Assembly: GCA_946534345.1 (NCBI GenBank)
Contig: CAMNCL010000002.1
Coordinates: 97,010 to 161,009, forward strand
Length of the DNA stretch: 64,000 nt
Reading direction: 5' to 3'
From: an uncultured Bacillales bacterium
Lineage (GTDB): Bacteria > Bacillota_I > Bacilli_A > RF39 > UBA660
The notes beneath the pieces are model-generated. The model did not search any database and was not told where the DNA came from. It worked only from the letters and a program-made list of their open reading frames with translations. This document shows positions 38,283 to 47,986 of this stretch, piece after piece. A program made the translations under genes and the position numbers. Numbering within the stretch: the stretch's first letter is position 1; each line of letters starts with the position of its first letter.

Positions 38283-38546
38283 TTATTTAGTTTTTTGATA
38301 CTCTTTTACATTATTTAATTCTGAGTCAAAATCAAATTCTGCAGAATTTTCAAATGCATTTTGAATACAACTCATATTATTCCTAATATTATATAGTAGC
38401 ATTGAATACTTACTATCACTAAACATAGGAATACTATCATGTGAAATTCCTTCTCTATGCTCTTCATATATAGGATAATCTTTTTGTAATTCATCATAAA
38501 ATATCTGTATCAATTCTTCGTTAGATATTAATTTATCATCTTTCAT
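38283..38546 (-). CDS. Small acidic hypothetical protein
   Basis: MKDDKL... start after GGGGG RBS; 87 aa. Confidence 0.65.
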   Translation of the reverse strand: MKDDKLISNEELIQIFYDELQKDYPIYEEHREGISHDSIPMFSDSKYSMLLYNIRNNMSCIQNAFENSAEFDFDSELNNVKEYQKTK

Positions 38547-38574
38547 AATACAACCCCCACACAATGATACCTCT

Positions 38575-38623
38575 GTACCATCAATGTGCATACATTATAC
38601 CACAAATGTTCGTTTTTGTCAAA
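38575..38623 (-). promoter_or_regulatory. Consensus sigma-A promoter block, copy 2
   Basis: TTGACA(38617-22)-17-TG-TATAAT(38594-99). Confidence 0.85.
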
Positions 38624-38661
38624 GCTATGTTGATATAAAAGAAAAAGTAAGAGTTAAACTC

Positions 38662-41055
38662 TTACTTTTTTAATTCTTTTGCAGCTTCATCGTCGCTTGA
38701 AGATTTTTGAGACATTTCTTCTACGTAAGCATCAACTTTTTCTTCGTAATTCTTCTTAGCAGGTTCTGCTTTTGGAGCAGGTTCAGATTTAACTTCTGCC
38801 TTTGGTTCAGACTTAGGTTCAGATTTAGCTTCTGCCTTTGGTTCTGATTTAGGCTCAGACTTAGCTTCTGCCTTTGGTTCAGATTTTGTCTCAGACTTAG
38901 CTTCTGCTTTTGGTGCGGCTGATGAATTAGATTTAGCTTGTTTTTCTCCTTCTTCATCAAACTTCTTACCAGTTTCATTTGGATCAGGTAAATCACTTGG
39001 AGTTTTAGCTCCAGTACCATCAGTAGTAATATTTTCTACTGAATCATCTAAGTTACCTTGTGAATCAGAATGTTGATCATCAAAATCTACATTATGATCT
39101 CCAAAGTCTTCTTCATTAACTGGATCAGTTGGTTTTTGCTCTTCAGCAGGTTTACCTTCATTTTCTTTTGTTATTTCTTGATTTTCTTTAATCTTGTCAT
39201 TAGCATCTTCAATTTTTTCTTGTAAGTCTTCTTCGTCTTTTTTAACTTCTTCTTTAATTTCTTCTGCTTTTTGATCTTCTTTGTCTTGAATCTCTTGACG
39301 AGTTTCTTCTGCTTCCTTCTCGGCTTCTTCTTTTGCTTGTTTATTTTCTTCTTCTATCTTTTTATCGACTTCTTTTTTAGCTTCATCAGTAATTTCTTTT
39401 TCTGTACGTGTAACTTCAGTTCTCTTAGTTGTTTTAGTTTTCTTCCAAGTTCTTGTACGAGTATGAGTTTCAGTAGTATAGTATACTGATCCAGTATAAT
39501 ATCCTTCCTCATTTAATCCAAAATGCCAGTTAACTTCTTCTTGGAATCTATCTAATTCTGATAATTCTCTATGAGCATCATCAATTACATAAGCATTCTT
39601 ATCAGTTAACTCTTTAACCATAGCATTTTCATATTGATCATATCTTGGATTAGTCTTATCACTATTACTAATAGCTCCCATAGTAATTTGTTGAACAATT
39701 TCAAATTTACCTTCAGCTATATTACATAATCCTAAATCGTTAAAGTAATCAATTTCTCCCTTAGCAACACCTACGTTACCATTTAAGATAATTTCTACTA
39801 ATTCATCACGTGATAATTCATTAACATCAACATCTCCAAAGAAGTAACTATTAATTCCACCTTGTAATGTCTTATCAATGTCTAAGTTTTGCCACATAAT
39901 TTCACCAGCAGCTACCATTGGAGTAATTGCTAATTTATATGATTCAATTGCTTGATGTGAATTAGAATGAGAAATACCTACTTCACGTGTATCTGGATCA
40001 ATTGGGAAATCGTTACGTACTTCGTTGTAGAATGCTTCTACAGCAGCAACTTTCTCATCTCCAGTAGCTTCTTTAGCATTTAAGAATAAGTTATGATATT
40101 TTTCATAGAAAGCTTTACCTTCTTCACTTACAATAATTCCACTCATATCTACAGGATGTTCTCTAGATTCAATAACATGAGCTCCCATTAATTGTAATGT
40201 TGCAGTTTTATATGAACTATCTAATTCGGCAGCAGTAATAGTTTTACCATTGAATATTGCTTTAATTTCATCTGGTGTAAAATCATTATAAGCTTGTGAT
40301 AAAGCAACAACTTCTTGGAAACTTAATGCAGCTCTAATATCTTTTCCTTCTTCTAAATAGTTTTCAGCAAAATCAATATTATATCCATATAACGCATCAT
40401 GAATTCTCTTCATTTCAGCTTTTTGAGCAGCATTTTGAGTAACTTCTTGTAATTGTTCAAATGTATAACTATCGTAATAGTCATTATTACCTTGAACTAA
40501 TTCTTTATCTTCATTGTTTAATTCAGTAGTAGATGCTTTTAAATTACTCTTATGCATAATACCACTCTTAGATACTTTTGATAAACCAAAAGCTGTACCA
40601 GTTAGACCTACAGTAGCAGCTAATACTGCTGCTGCAATTCTAACTTTAAGTGATTTTTTCTTCTTATCATTCTTTTTAGGCATAACCTTTTTAAAGAATG
40701 AAGATTCTTCTTTTAATTCTACTGGTTTTTTAGTTTCAGTAGAAACAGTATTTACTGGGAGAATTACAGTATCACGATTATTTTCTGTTCCTCTTAAAAC
40801 TTCTTTACCAAATTTCTTATTAAATTCTCTTTCAGAAACTACATGAATTAAATCTTTATTTACTAAGTTTCTAAATACTTCAGAAAATGCTTTCTTAGTT
40901 GTAATATTATTTTCTGTAGCAATTACTTTAATTAGTTTTAATCCATCTTCTTTAGAGATTTCTTTATGTTTACCATTCTTGTAAAATACATGAACTCTTA
41001 ATTCACCATTTGAATCTTTAACAAAGACTAAATTGTTTATTGTACTTGACTTCAT
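38662..41055 (-). CDS. Large single-TM protein with coiled-coil, acidic and K/E/P/A-repeat C-terminus
   Basis: 797 aa; TM near residue 140; EEAEKEAEE coiled coil; AEAKSEPKSEPK repeats. Confidence 0.8.
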   Translation of the reverse strand: MKSSTINNLVFVKDSNGELRVHVFYKNGKHKEISKEDGLKLIKVIATENNITTKKAFSEVFRNLVNKDLIHVVSEREFNKKFGKEVLRGTENNRDTVILPVNTVSTETKKPVELKEESSFFKKVMPKKNDKKKKSLKVRIAAAVLAATVGLTGTAFGLSKVSKSGIMHKSNLKASTTELNNEDKELVQGNNDYYDSYTFEQLQEVTQNAAQKAEMKRIHDALYGYNIDFAENYLEEGKDIRAALSFQEVVALSQAYNDFTPDEIKAIFNGKTITAAELDSSYKTATLQLMGAHVIESREHPVDMSGIIVSEEGKAFYEKYHNLFLNAKEATGDEKVAAVEAFYNEVRNDFPIDPDTREVGISHSNSHQAIESYKLAITPMVAAGEIMWQNLDIDKTLQGGINSYFFGDVDVNELSRDELVEIILNGNVGVAKGEIDYFNDLGLCNIAEGKFEIVQQITMGAISNSDKTNPRYDQYENAMVKELTDKNAYVIDDAHRELSELDRFQEEVNWHFGLNEEGYYTGSVYYTTETHTRTRTWKKTKTTKRTEVTRTEKEITDEAKKEVDKKIEEENKQAKEEAEKEAEETRQEIQDKEDQKAEEIKEEVKKDEEDLQEKIEDANDKIKENQEITKENEGKPAEEQKPTDPVNEEDFGDHNVDFDDQHSDSQGNLDDSVENITTDGTGAKTPSDLPDPNETGKKFDEEGEKQAKSNSSAAPKAEAKSETKSEPKAEAKSEPKSEPKAEAKSEPKSEPKAEVKSEPAPKAEPAKKNYEEKVDAYVEEMSQKSSSDDEAAKELKK
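38789..38913 (-). repeat. About 3.5 tandem 36-nt repeats (AEAKSEPKSEPK)
   Basis: TTAGCTTCTGCCTTTGG recurs at 38789, 38825, 38861 and 38897. Confidence 0.9.
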
Positions 41056-41067
41056 TTTTTATTCCCC

Positions 41068-43104
41068 CTACTTTTGTTTTTTGTTTCCTGTCTTAACCCA
41101 TCCATTATTAATTAATGACATATCGTTATCGACACTCCACTTATATTTAGTTATCTCATTACTTAATAAATCTCTTGTTTTAGTACTTTTATAACAAGTT
41201 GTTCCATATAATGGTTCTCTTCTAGTAGCTTTATCAGTTACTGTAATAGAACTATAAATTGGAATTGTTTTATATACATATTCACCACAACTAGCTTCAT
41301 GTGTAGTAGTAGTACTTGAACTAGTTGAACTAGATGTTGAACTAGTTACATTACCAGGTGTAGTTGTAGAACTTACACTACTTAAACCACCAGTATATGT
41401 ATAAGAATCATAGTAATAATTAGGTAATGTTGTACATTCAGTAGAACAATTACTATAATCTGCTCCTACAAATTTATAATGCTTAGCTGCTGTATCTGAT
41501 GGTGGGTTCTTATAACTTGCTCTACCATTATATGTCCATCCACCTGTAGAATGTTGTGTTACTGATGTAATTGTATCAGTTGCAGTATATGTAGTTGTTG
41601 TCTTAGTTACATATGTTGTTTTATTAATCTCTACATAGTTATATTGAGAACATGATTTTTGAGTATAAGAACCAGTCTTAACTAATTGAGTTCTTTGTCT
41701 TGCATATGTTCTATCATATTCACCAATTTGTTCTTTTTGTTTATAGATTTGTAATTTTCTTAAACAATTAACATCACTATTACTACAGTTAATTTCTGCA
41801 GTAGCACAGTTTGTCTTAGACCATGAACTCCACTTAGTCCATTCAGAGAACTCTGCAGGTGTAGTCTTTTTATATTCGTAAACGTATTCGATTTCAGGTA
41901 CACAAGCTTTCTTATATTCTTTATAAGAAACTACTCTTCCCTTATCATCATACCATTTACCATTATATTTACCACAATAGTGTTGTTCTTCTTTCTCACA
42001 TGCTTTCTTATATCTTTCATAAGAAACTACATTTCCTTCATCATCATACCATTTACCATCATACTTAACACAATAGTGTTTTTCTTCTGGAGTAGTACAT
42101 TCTTTTTCGAATGTTGCTTTATCAGTTACATGACCATCACTATCATAGTATTTTCCATTATGGTATACACAATAATGTTTTTCTTCTTTCTCACAAGCTT
42201 TCTTATAATCTTCATAAGAAACTACTTTTCCTTTATCATCATACCATTTACCATCGTACTTAACACAATAGTGTTTATCTTCAGGTTGAGAACATGCTTT
42301 CTTATATTCTTTGTAAGAAACTACTCTTCCCTTATCATCATAATATTTACCATTATGTTTAACACAATAGTATTTCTTAGTTGGTGTGATACATTGTTTC
42401 TCATATTCTGCTTTAGAAACAACCTTTCCATTTTTATCATAATATTTACCATTCTTATATTGACATTTAGTTACTACATGAATAACTGGTGTAATATCCT
42501 TTGGTGGATAATAAATACCATTATCAATATAACCTTTGATTGGTACATATCCTGTTATATTAGATCCCTTAACAGGAATATTAGATGTTTGTTTTTGACA
42601 TAGAGCACCTTCACAATATGTATAACATCCTAAATGTACTAGAATATAATCTTCTCTTTCACTATCTTTCAAGTTTACTTTTAAGATATATTCATCATCT
42701 AATTTAGTTATTTTTACATAACTCTTTTCTACATCACATGCTTTATTATTCTTATCGATTAATGCAATGATAATCTTTTTACCAATCATATCACTTAATG
42801 TCATAGTATCTGAGTCACCAACATTTTTTGGTAATCTTTCATCAGTATAATATGAAATAGCTGCATCTTTCATTCTCTCTAAGTTGTCAGCAAAAATTTG
42901 TGATGTTAATGCACTAATTCCAGTAGTATCACAAGTACTAGATGTGCATGCTTTTCCATCTTTATTATTATAGTTTACTACCGAAGGTTTCATAAATTTA
43001 GGTAATAACCAACACAATAAAAAGACAAATATTATTACTAATATTAGTTTTAATATAAAGTCTCTAAATGGAAATCCTCTTCTTTCATAATCATTTACAC
43101 GCAT
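41068..43104 (-). CDS. Type IV pilin-like N-terminus, six Cys repeats and a Trp/Ser/Thr-rich C-terminal region
   Basis: RRGFPFRDFILKLILVIIFVF, ERMKDAAISYY, CxxxNGKYYDxxG repeats, SEWTKWSSWS. Confidence 0.7.
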   Translation of the reverse strand: MRVNDYERRGFPFRDFILKLILVIIFVFLLCWLLPKFMKPSVVNYNNKDGKACTSSTCDTTGISALTSQIFADNLERMKDAAISYYTDERLPKNVGDSDTMTLSDMIGKKIIIALIDKNNKACDVEKSYVKITKLDDEYILKVNLKDSEREDYILVHLGCYTYCEGALCQKQTSNIPVKGSNITGYVPIKGYIDNGIYYPPKDITPVIHVVTKCQYKNGKYYDKNGKVVSKAEYEKQCITPTKKYYCVKHNGKYYDDKGRVVSYKEYKKACSQPEDKHYCVKYDGKWYDDKGKVVSYEDYKKACEKEEKHYCVYHNGKYYDSDGHVTDKATFEKECTTPEEKHYCVKYDGKWYDDEGNVVSYERYKKACEKEEQHYCGKYNGKWYDDKGRVVSYKEYKKACVPEIEYVYEYKKTTPAEFSEWTKWSSWSKTNCATAEINCSNSDVNCLRKLQIYKQKEQIGEYDRTYARQRTQLVKTGSYTQKSCSQYNYVEINKTTYVTKTTTTYTATDTITSVTQHSTGGWTYNGRASYKNPPSDTAAKHYKFVGADYSNCSTECTTLPNYYYDSYTYTGGLSSVSSTTTPGNVTSSTSSSTSSSTTTTHEASCGEYVYKTIPIYSSITVTDKATRREPLYGTTCYKSTKTRDLLSNEITKYKWSVDNDMSLINNGWVKTGNKKQK
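41902..42465 (-). repeat. Six ~32-33 aa repeats C-x3-(N/D)GK(Y/W)YD-x2-G-xVV-x6-C
   Basis: Plus-strand ATCATACCATTTACC / ATAATATTTACC motif recurs about every 96-99 nt. Confidence 0.9.
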
Positions 43105-43164
43105 ATTTCCAAACTCCCCTCTCTGCACATGTATTTGCTATAATAACAAAAAAACCTCGAAAAG

Positions 43165-43425
43165 TCAAGGTTTTTTTCTTATAGTTACAACAGTCATTCC
43201 ATCATTAAAATTATCAATGAAATAATTTTCAACATATTTATTAGTTTTTAATACAGTTTGTGTTGTCCTTTTTATAATACCAGTACCATTACCATGTATA
43301 ATTACTACTTTATTATTCTTAAATTTATAATTTTCAAGTATAAAATCATTAATCAATATTCTAGCATAATCCCTATCCATACCATGTAGGTCTAGACTAG
43401 GTAAATTCTTATATAGCTGTATCAT
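43165..43425 (-). CDS. Stand-alone Smr domain protein
   Basis: LDLHG, VVIIHGNGTGIIK, NDGMTVV. Confidence 0.88.
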   Translation of the reverse strand: MIQLYKNLPSLDLHGMDRDYARILINDFILENYKFKNNKVVIIHGNGTGIIKRTTQTVLKTNKYVENYFIDNFNDGMTVVTIRKKP

Positions 43426-44305
43426 AATTAATTACTTCATCAAGTAATGGTATTGAATATCTAGAACCTATTCTAGTGACAGATATAGCTGAAGTTATAG
43501 AAGAATATTTAATAGTATCTAATAGAGAATAACCATTCGCAATAAAGTAAGTAAATGCTCCATGGAATATATCTCCTGCTCCTGTTGAATCTAACGCTTT
43601 AACAGTAATTGATGGAATTATTTGTTTAATACCATCTATTTCAGTATAACTACCAGCAGCTTCTAATGTAATAACTACTATATTATTAAAGTAAGATTTT
43701 AGTTCATCATATACTTCTTCTAAAGTAGATAAATCATCTATATTAATCTTTTTATTAGTAAAGTCTTCTGCGAAATCTTTAGAACATACTAAATATGTTA
43801 CTTTTTTACCTAAACTCTTAGTATCATCATTCAATCTACCAGCATCTATTACACTAATGGCATTAGGATTATTATCTAATACTTCATGAGCAGTCTCAGG
43901 ATGTTCTCCATCAACTAATATTACATCTGCAGAAACATTAACTTCTCTAGATAGTTTCCTAACTGGTTCATCTTTTGAAGAAAGAATTGTTCTAGATCCA
44001 TTACTCATATTCGCAATTATATAACTACTAGTAGTCATATGATTAGGCATCTTTTCTAAATAAGTAACATCTGCTCCAACATTTTCAAAATCAGCTATTA
44101 TACGATCTCCATAATAATCATCACCTATTACTGATGCTATTGTAGTATCCATTCCCCATTTAGCTAGTAAATATGCTCCATTAGAAGCAGGTCCACCACC
44201 ACACTCTATATGATGATCTAATCGATATTTAATATTTTCAGTAGGATACTCTTTCATAGGTAAAGTTGTATCAAATGTAGAATGTCCAACACAAACAAAT
44301 TTCAT
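43409..44305 (-). CDS. PfkB family carbohydrate kinase
   Basis: GGGPASNGA, DSTGAGDIFHGAF. Confidence 0.92.
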   Translation of the reverse strand: MKFVCVGHSTFDTTLPMKEYPTENIKYRLDHHIECGGGPASNGAYLLAKWGMDTTIASVIGDDYYGDRIIADFENVGADVTYLEKMPNHMTTSSYIIANMSNGSRTILSSKDEPVRKLSREVNVSADVILVDGEHPETAHEVLDNNPNAISVIDAGRLNDDTKSLGKKVTYLVCSKDFAEDFTNKKINIDDLSTLEEVYDELKSYFNNIVVITLEAAGSYTEIDGIKQIIPSITVKALDSTGAGDIFHGAFTYFIANGYSLLDTIKYSSITSAISVTRIGSRYSIPLLDEVINYDTAI

Positions 44306-44385
44306 AATTACACCTCATATTTATTATAACAAAAAAGCTATTATTCTACTAATAATAGCTATTAACTAATTGTAAATTTACAAGA

Positions 44386-46605
44386 TTATCGATATTTATG
44401 AGTAACTACAACTTTACCTCCTCTTTCGACAACCTCCAACATACTACGTAATTCCTGAGCTTTTTCTCTACGGAATTGTTCTAGTTTATTATAAGCATCT
44501 GCCTTATTTGATCCAAATAAAGTAAAATGAATAATTTCATTTTCTCTAACAGCAGAAGGATTTTGTAATCTAAATAATCTATTTATATATTTAGCATTAT
44601 ATTTATTACCAAACAATCTAATAACAATATCTTCAGCCTGTTTATATTTATTATTCTTTATTACATCATCTAATATAGCAGTAGCATTAATATTACCATA
44701 AGTATTTACACTTCTTGTAATTGTTTGATAAAGATAATCAAATAACTCTTCGTTATCACTATTAAAGGCACAATTATAGCCAGGAACTGGTTCACCATAA
44801 GATTTCCTAATACCAGCTGCTCTTAACCAAGCTAATGAAAATTGAACTCTTAGTTTTAAATCATTATCAGTTAATTCTCTACCTGTATAACGATTATAAA
44901 CTCTATTAAAGTCTGAATCATTTTGATAAGTCTTAGCTAATCTTCTCATTTCATCAAATGTAATATCAGGATGATATTTTTCAAATATCTTAGAATTAAA
45001 ATGAAAATAATGAGCTATATCATTCCTAAATATTTTTGTTAATTGACTTGTTCTTACCATTGTATCATTACTATTTAAATAACCTATATAACCATTAGAC
45101 TCTTTTTGTAATCTATCTATTCTAGATCTAGATAATAAGTAATTCGCAATATCATAACGATTATCAGTAAGTAGATCTTGATCAGAAAAAATAGTATTAG
45201 TATGCATTTCATCATCAATCATTTCATGCATAGTATAGCGCTTAACTTTAGTTCCATCAAAGTTTAACACTGAGTTTGCTTCTAATACAAATGAAGTACC
45301 ATCATCTCTAACAAATGTTTTTTGTTTTGCTTCACGTAATGTTTTTATATCCGAATGACTAATTTCTACACCATCAACATGTTTTTCATCTTCAGTAAAT
45401 GCAATTCTACCTAAATAATGATCTCCTCTAGTAATAGCTGCATTAACATTTTCTCTTGAAAATAATAGTTTATCTAGTAAAGGATACGCTTCAGAAGCCA
45501 GTTCAGTCTTTTCAATATTTTCAATTAATTTTTGACATTTCTCATAATCTGGATAAGGTTTTTGCCTTTCTTCAGCCAATTGTTGCTTCCACTTTTTTCG
45601 CATTTTATACATTTCAACAATATATGCAACATTAGTTTTTGAGTATAATGCAACTGGTTTCTCTAATCTTCCATATCTATCAACTCTATAATAAATATAC
45701 TTTGTATAACGTCCATTTCCTCGTAATCTAGTTTTATCTTGAACTACTACATATCTATCATTTGGATTATCACCCTCAAACTGTCTATGAAAAGTAGAAT
45801 AATCTTTATTAATAAAATTATTAACTGCTCTTAAATATTCACCATTTATATTACTTAGTGTCCGTTCATAATTCTGTATTCTTTCATATCTTCCTGGAAA
45901 ATGACTCTTTACAAAACTATTAACATTCGCAATATCATCAATAACCATAGTTTGTCCAGTATTTTTTTTAGAAGCATTCCAAGTCAAGTCAATTGGAATA
46001 TAATTACCATTAATTCTCGCAATATTCCAAGCATGAGTACGATAATCTTTCATACTATCTTCAATAGTAGTAGCCCCTTCAACATAATCACATTCAATAC
46101 CATTTCTATCGCATAATTCTTTTAAGATTAATGCATACCCAGCACATACTGTCTTACCAGATATTAATCCAGTTAAACTTCTAATATTTTTAGATGGCTG
46201 GTACTCATATAATGGATGATAAATAATTTGATCTCCAAGTTTAGATATAAAGTAAAGTAATTTTTGACCTTGATCCCAAATAGGATTAATCCCAGATTCT
46301 ATTTTGTCTAGAGCTGTCAATATACCAGACATTTCATCCAATGTATAAACATTATCTTCTTGTAATCTATTGGTACTTTCTTGATAATTTCTTATTCTTT
46401 CATCATCATAACCACCAACTATTTGAATATTAATTCTATTAGAACATTGAAGTCTTCTTAAAGCCTTTATATAACCAGCATCTAAATTTTTAGTATTTTT
46501 AAAACGTAGTATTAAAATATAACCTGGATTTATTCTAGCTAAATGATCAAGTTCTTGGATAGTAATACTTCTTGGATCTGTAAATACATGTTTACGCATA
46601 CTCAT
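44386..46605 (-). CDS. Transglutaminase-like domain protein with long C-terminal extension
   Basis: VCAGYA, HAWN, DLTWN Cys-His-Asp triad; start after GGTGA. Confidence 0.8.
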   Translation of the reverse strand: MSMRKHVFTDPRSITIQELDHLARINPGYILILRFKNTKNLDAGYIKALRRLQCSNRINIQIVGGYDDERIRNYQESTNRLQEDNVYTLDEMSGILTALDKIESGINPIWDQGQKLLYFISKLGDQIIYHPLYEYQPSKNIRSLTGLISGKTVCAGYALILKELCDRNGIECDYVEGATTIEDSMKDYRTHAWNIARINGNYIPIDLTWNASKKNTGQTMVIDDIANVNSFVKSHFPGRYERIQNYERTLSNINGEYLRAVNNFINKDYSTFHRQFEGDNPNDRYVVVQDKTRLRGNGRYTKYIYYRVDRYGRLEKPVALYSKTNVAYIVEMYKMRKKWKQQLAEERQKPYPDYEKCQKLIENIEKTELASEAYPLLDKLLFSRENVNAAITRGDHYLGRIAFTEDEKHVDGVEISHSDIKTLREAKQKTFVRDDGTSFVLEANSVLNFDGTKVKRYTMHEMIDDEMHTNTIFSDQDLLTDNRYDIANYLLSRSRIDRLQKESNGYIGYLNSNDTMVRTSQLTKIFRNDIAHYFHFNSKIFEKYHPDITFDEMRRLAKTYQNDSDFNRVYNRYTGRELTDNDLKLRVQFSLAWLRAAGIRKSYGEPVPGYNCAFNSDNEELFDYLYQTITRSVNTYGNINATAILDDVIKNNKYKQAEDIVIRLFGNKYNAKYINRLFRLQNPSAVRENEIIHFTLFGSNKADAYNKLEQFRREKAQELRSMLEVVERGGKVVVTHKYR

Positions 46606-47155
46606 AGTGATCACCATTTTCATCTAGTATTTGAGTATTCTCAAACAATTTAATAAATTTAGAATTCTTTTTATATTGTCTTTTATCAATCATTAATATT
46701 TTTAATGTTTCAGAATTAATTAAAGTACTTAAATCAGATACATTTGAGTCACATAAATCTAGCATTTCTATTTTATCCATTAAAACCATATAGTCTTCAT
46801 TAATTACCTTTGTATTTCTAACAGATAATACTTTTAATTGTTTTATAATATTAAATCTTTTTAAATCAAGAGCTTTATTATTTTGATAGTACAATTCTTC
46901 TAAGTTTGTATAATTATTTAAAAAATTAGTATCTAAAATTATACATGAATCCATATGAAGTATTCTAATATTATAATTATTCATATTATTAATAGATAAG
47001 TCACATCTAGTTAAATATAATTCTTCTAAATTAATACAACTATTAATTATATTTGTAATTTCATTATCTATTTCTAAATCAACTAAATTAATACTAATAA
47101 CATCTTCATAATTTACACTATCATAAATATTATCATTATTTAAATATACTTTCAT
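46592..47155 (-). CDS. Leucine-rich repeat protein
   Basis: NLEELYL, NLEELYY, QLKVLSVRNT, KIEMLDLCDSNVSDL. Confidence 0.75.
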   Translation of the reverse strand: MKVYLNNDNIYDSVNYEDVISINLVDLEIDNEITNIINSCINLEELYLTRCDLSINNMNNYNIRILHMDSCIILDTNFLNNYTNLEELYYQNNKALDLKRFNIIKQLKVLSVRNTKVINEDYMVLMDKIEMLDLCDSNVSDLSTLINSETLKILMIDKRQYKKNSKFIKLFENTQILDENGDHYEYA

Positions 47156-47221
47156 ATTCTTAACTCCAATTATTCTATATTAATATAATTTTAACATAAA
47201 AAAGCTATGAAAACATAGCTT

Positions 47222-47881
47222 TTAAGATAACTTTTTAGATAAATATAAAAATGGTGTATCACATAAAGCAATTATAATTTCTATTACAGTTGTAGTTGTC
47301 GCAATAGATATTATTACTGACATTGGAAATATTCCTATAAATGCTAATGTATTAAAGAAGTAATTCTCAACACAATTACATAATATAGTTGAGAAGTTAT
47401 TTCTTAACCATAGTTTTTTAGGATACTTATCTTTTAGTTTATTATAGATATGAATATCTAACATATTACTTATAAAGAACATTAACATACTAGCAGCACT
47501 AGTTCTAATACTTATACTAAATAAAGTTTTCATAGCTCCTTGAACTACATCATCTGAACTTGGTATAAATAATAATGTTAATTGAGTAATAATAATGAAT
47601 GTTATACCACTAAATATACTTAAATAAACACCTTTCTTAGCATCTTTCTTACTATATTTTTCTGACATAATATCAGTAGCTAGAAAAGTAGATGCAAAAA
47701 GTACATTACCTAAACTAGTAGTAAAATTAAACACACCAATCATTTTACATACAGTTAGATTTGCAAGTATAGTCGCAATACTAAGCCAAACATATAAACC
47801 TTCTTTTTTAAATAATTTTTCAATTAATACTACTAAACTAAAAGTAACTATAATATTAACAAATCCATATAAAATATTCAT
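47222..47881 (-). CDS. Queuosine precursor transporter (YhhQ/VUT family)
   Basis: ILANLTVCK, GNVLFASTFLATDIMSEKY, LWLRNNFST. Confidence 0.88.
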   Translation of the reverse strand: MNILYGFVNIIVTFSLVVLIEKLFKKEGLYVWLSIATILANLTVCKMIGVFNFTTSLGNVLFASTFLATDIMSEKYSKKDAKKGVYLSIFSGITFIIITQLTLLFIPSSDDVVQGAMKTLFSISIRTSAASMLMFFISNMLDIHIYNKLKDKYPKKLWLRNNFSTILCNCVENYFFNTLAFIGIFPMSVIISIATTTTVIEIIIALCDTPFLYLSKKLS

Positions 47882-47886
47882 AAAAA

Positions 47887-47930
47887 TCTCCTTCCCTTTT
47901 TTATACTAGGATGTGTAGGTTAACTAGTAC
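47887..47930 (-). ncRNA. preQ1-I class riboswitch candidate (translational)
   Basis: UACUAG-[UUAACCUACACAUC]-CUAGUA-UAAAAAA-GGGAAGGAG-5nt-AUG directly upstream of a queuosine-precursor transporter. Confidence 0.75.
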
Positions 47931-47986
47931 TAGATAATTATAATATAAATATAAAAATAATCAAGAAAAAAAGAACAATATTGTTC

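Noticed and set aside
37521-41055. Prophage or genomic island integrated at the tRNA genes
   Set aside because: No integrase, no duplicated tRNA 3' end and no phage genes are seen.
41902-42465. Periodic repeats as a CRISPR array
   Set aside because: They are degenerate in-frame protein repeats with synonymous variation; no cas genes are present.
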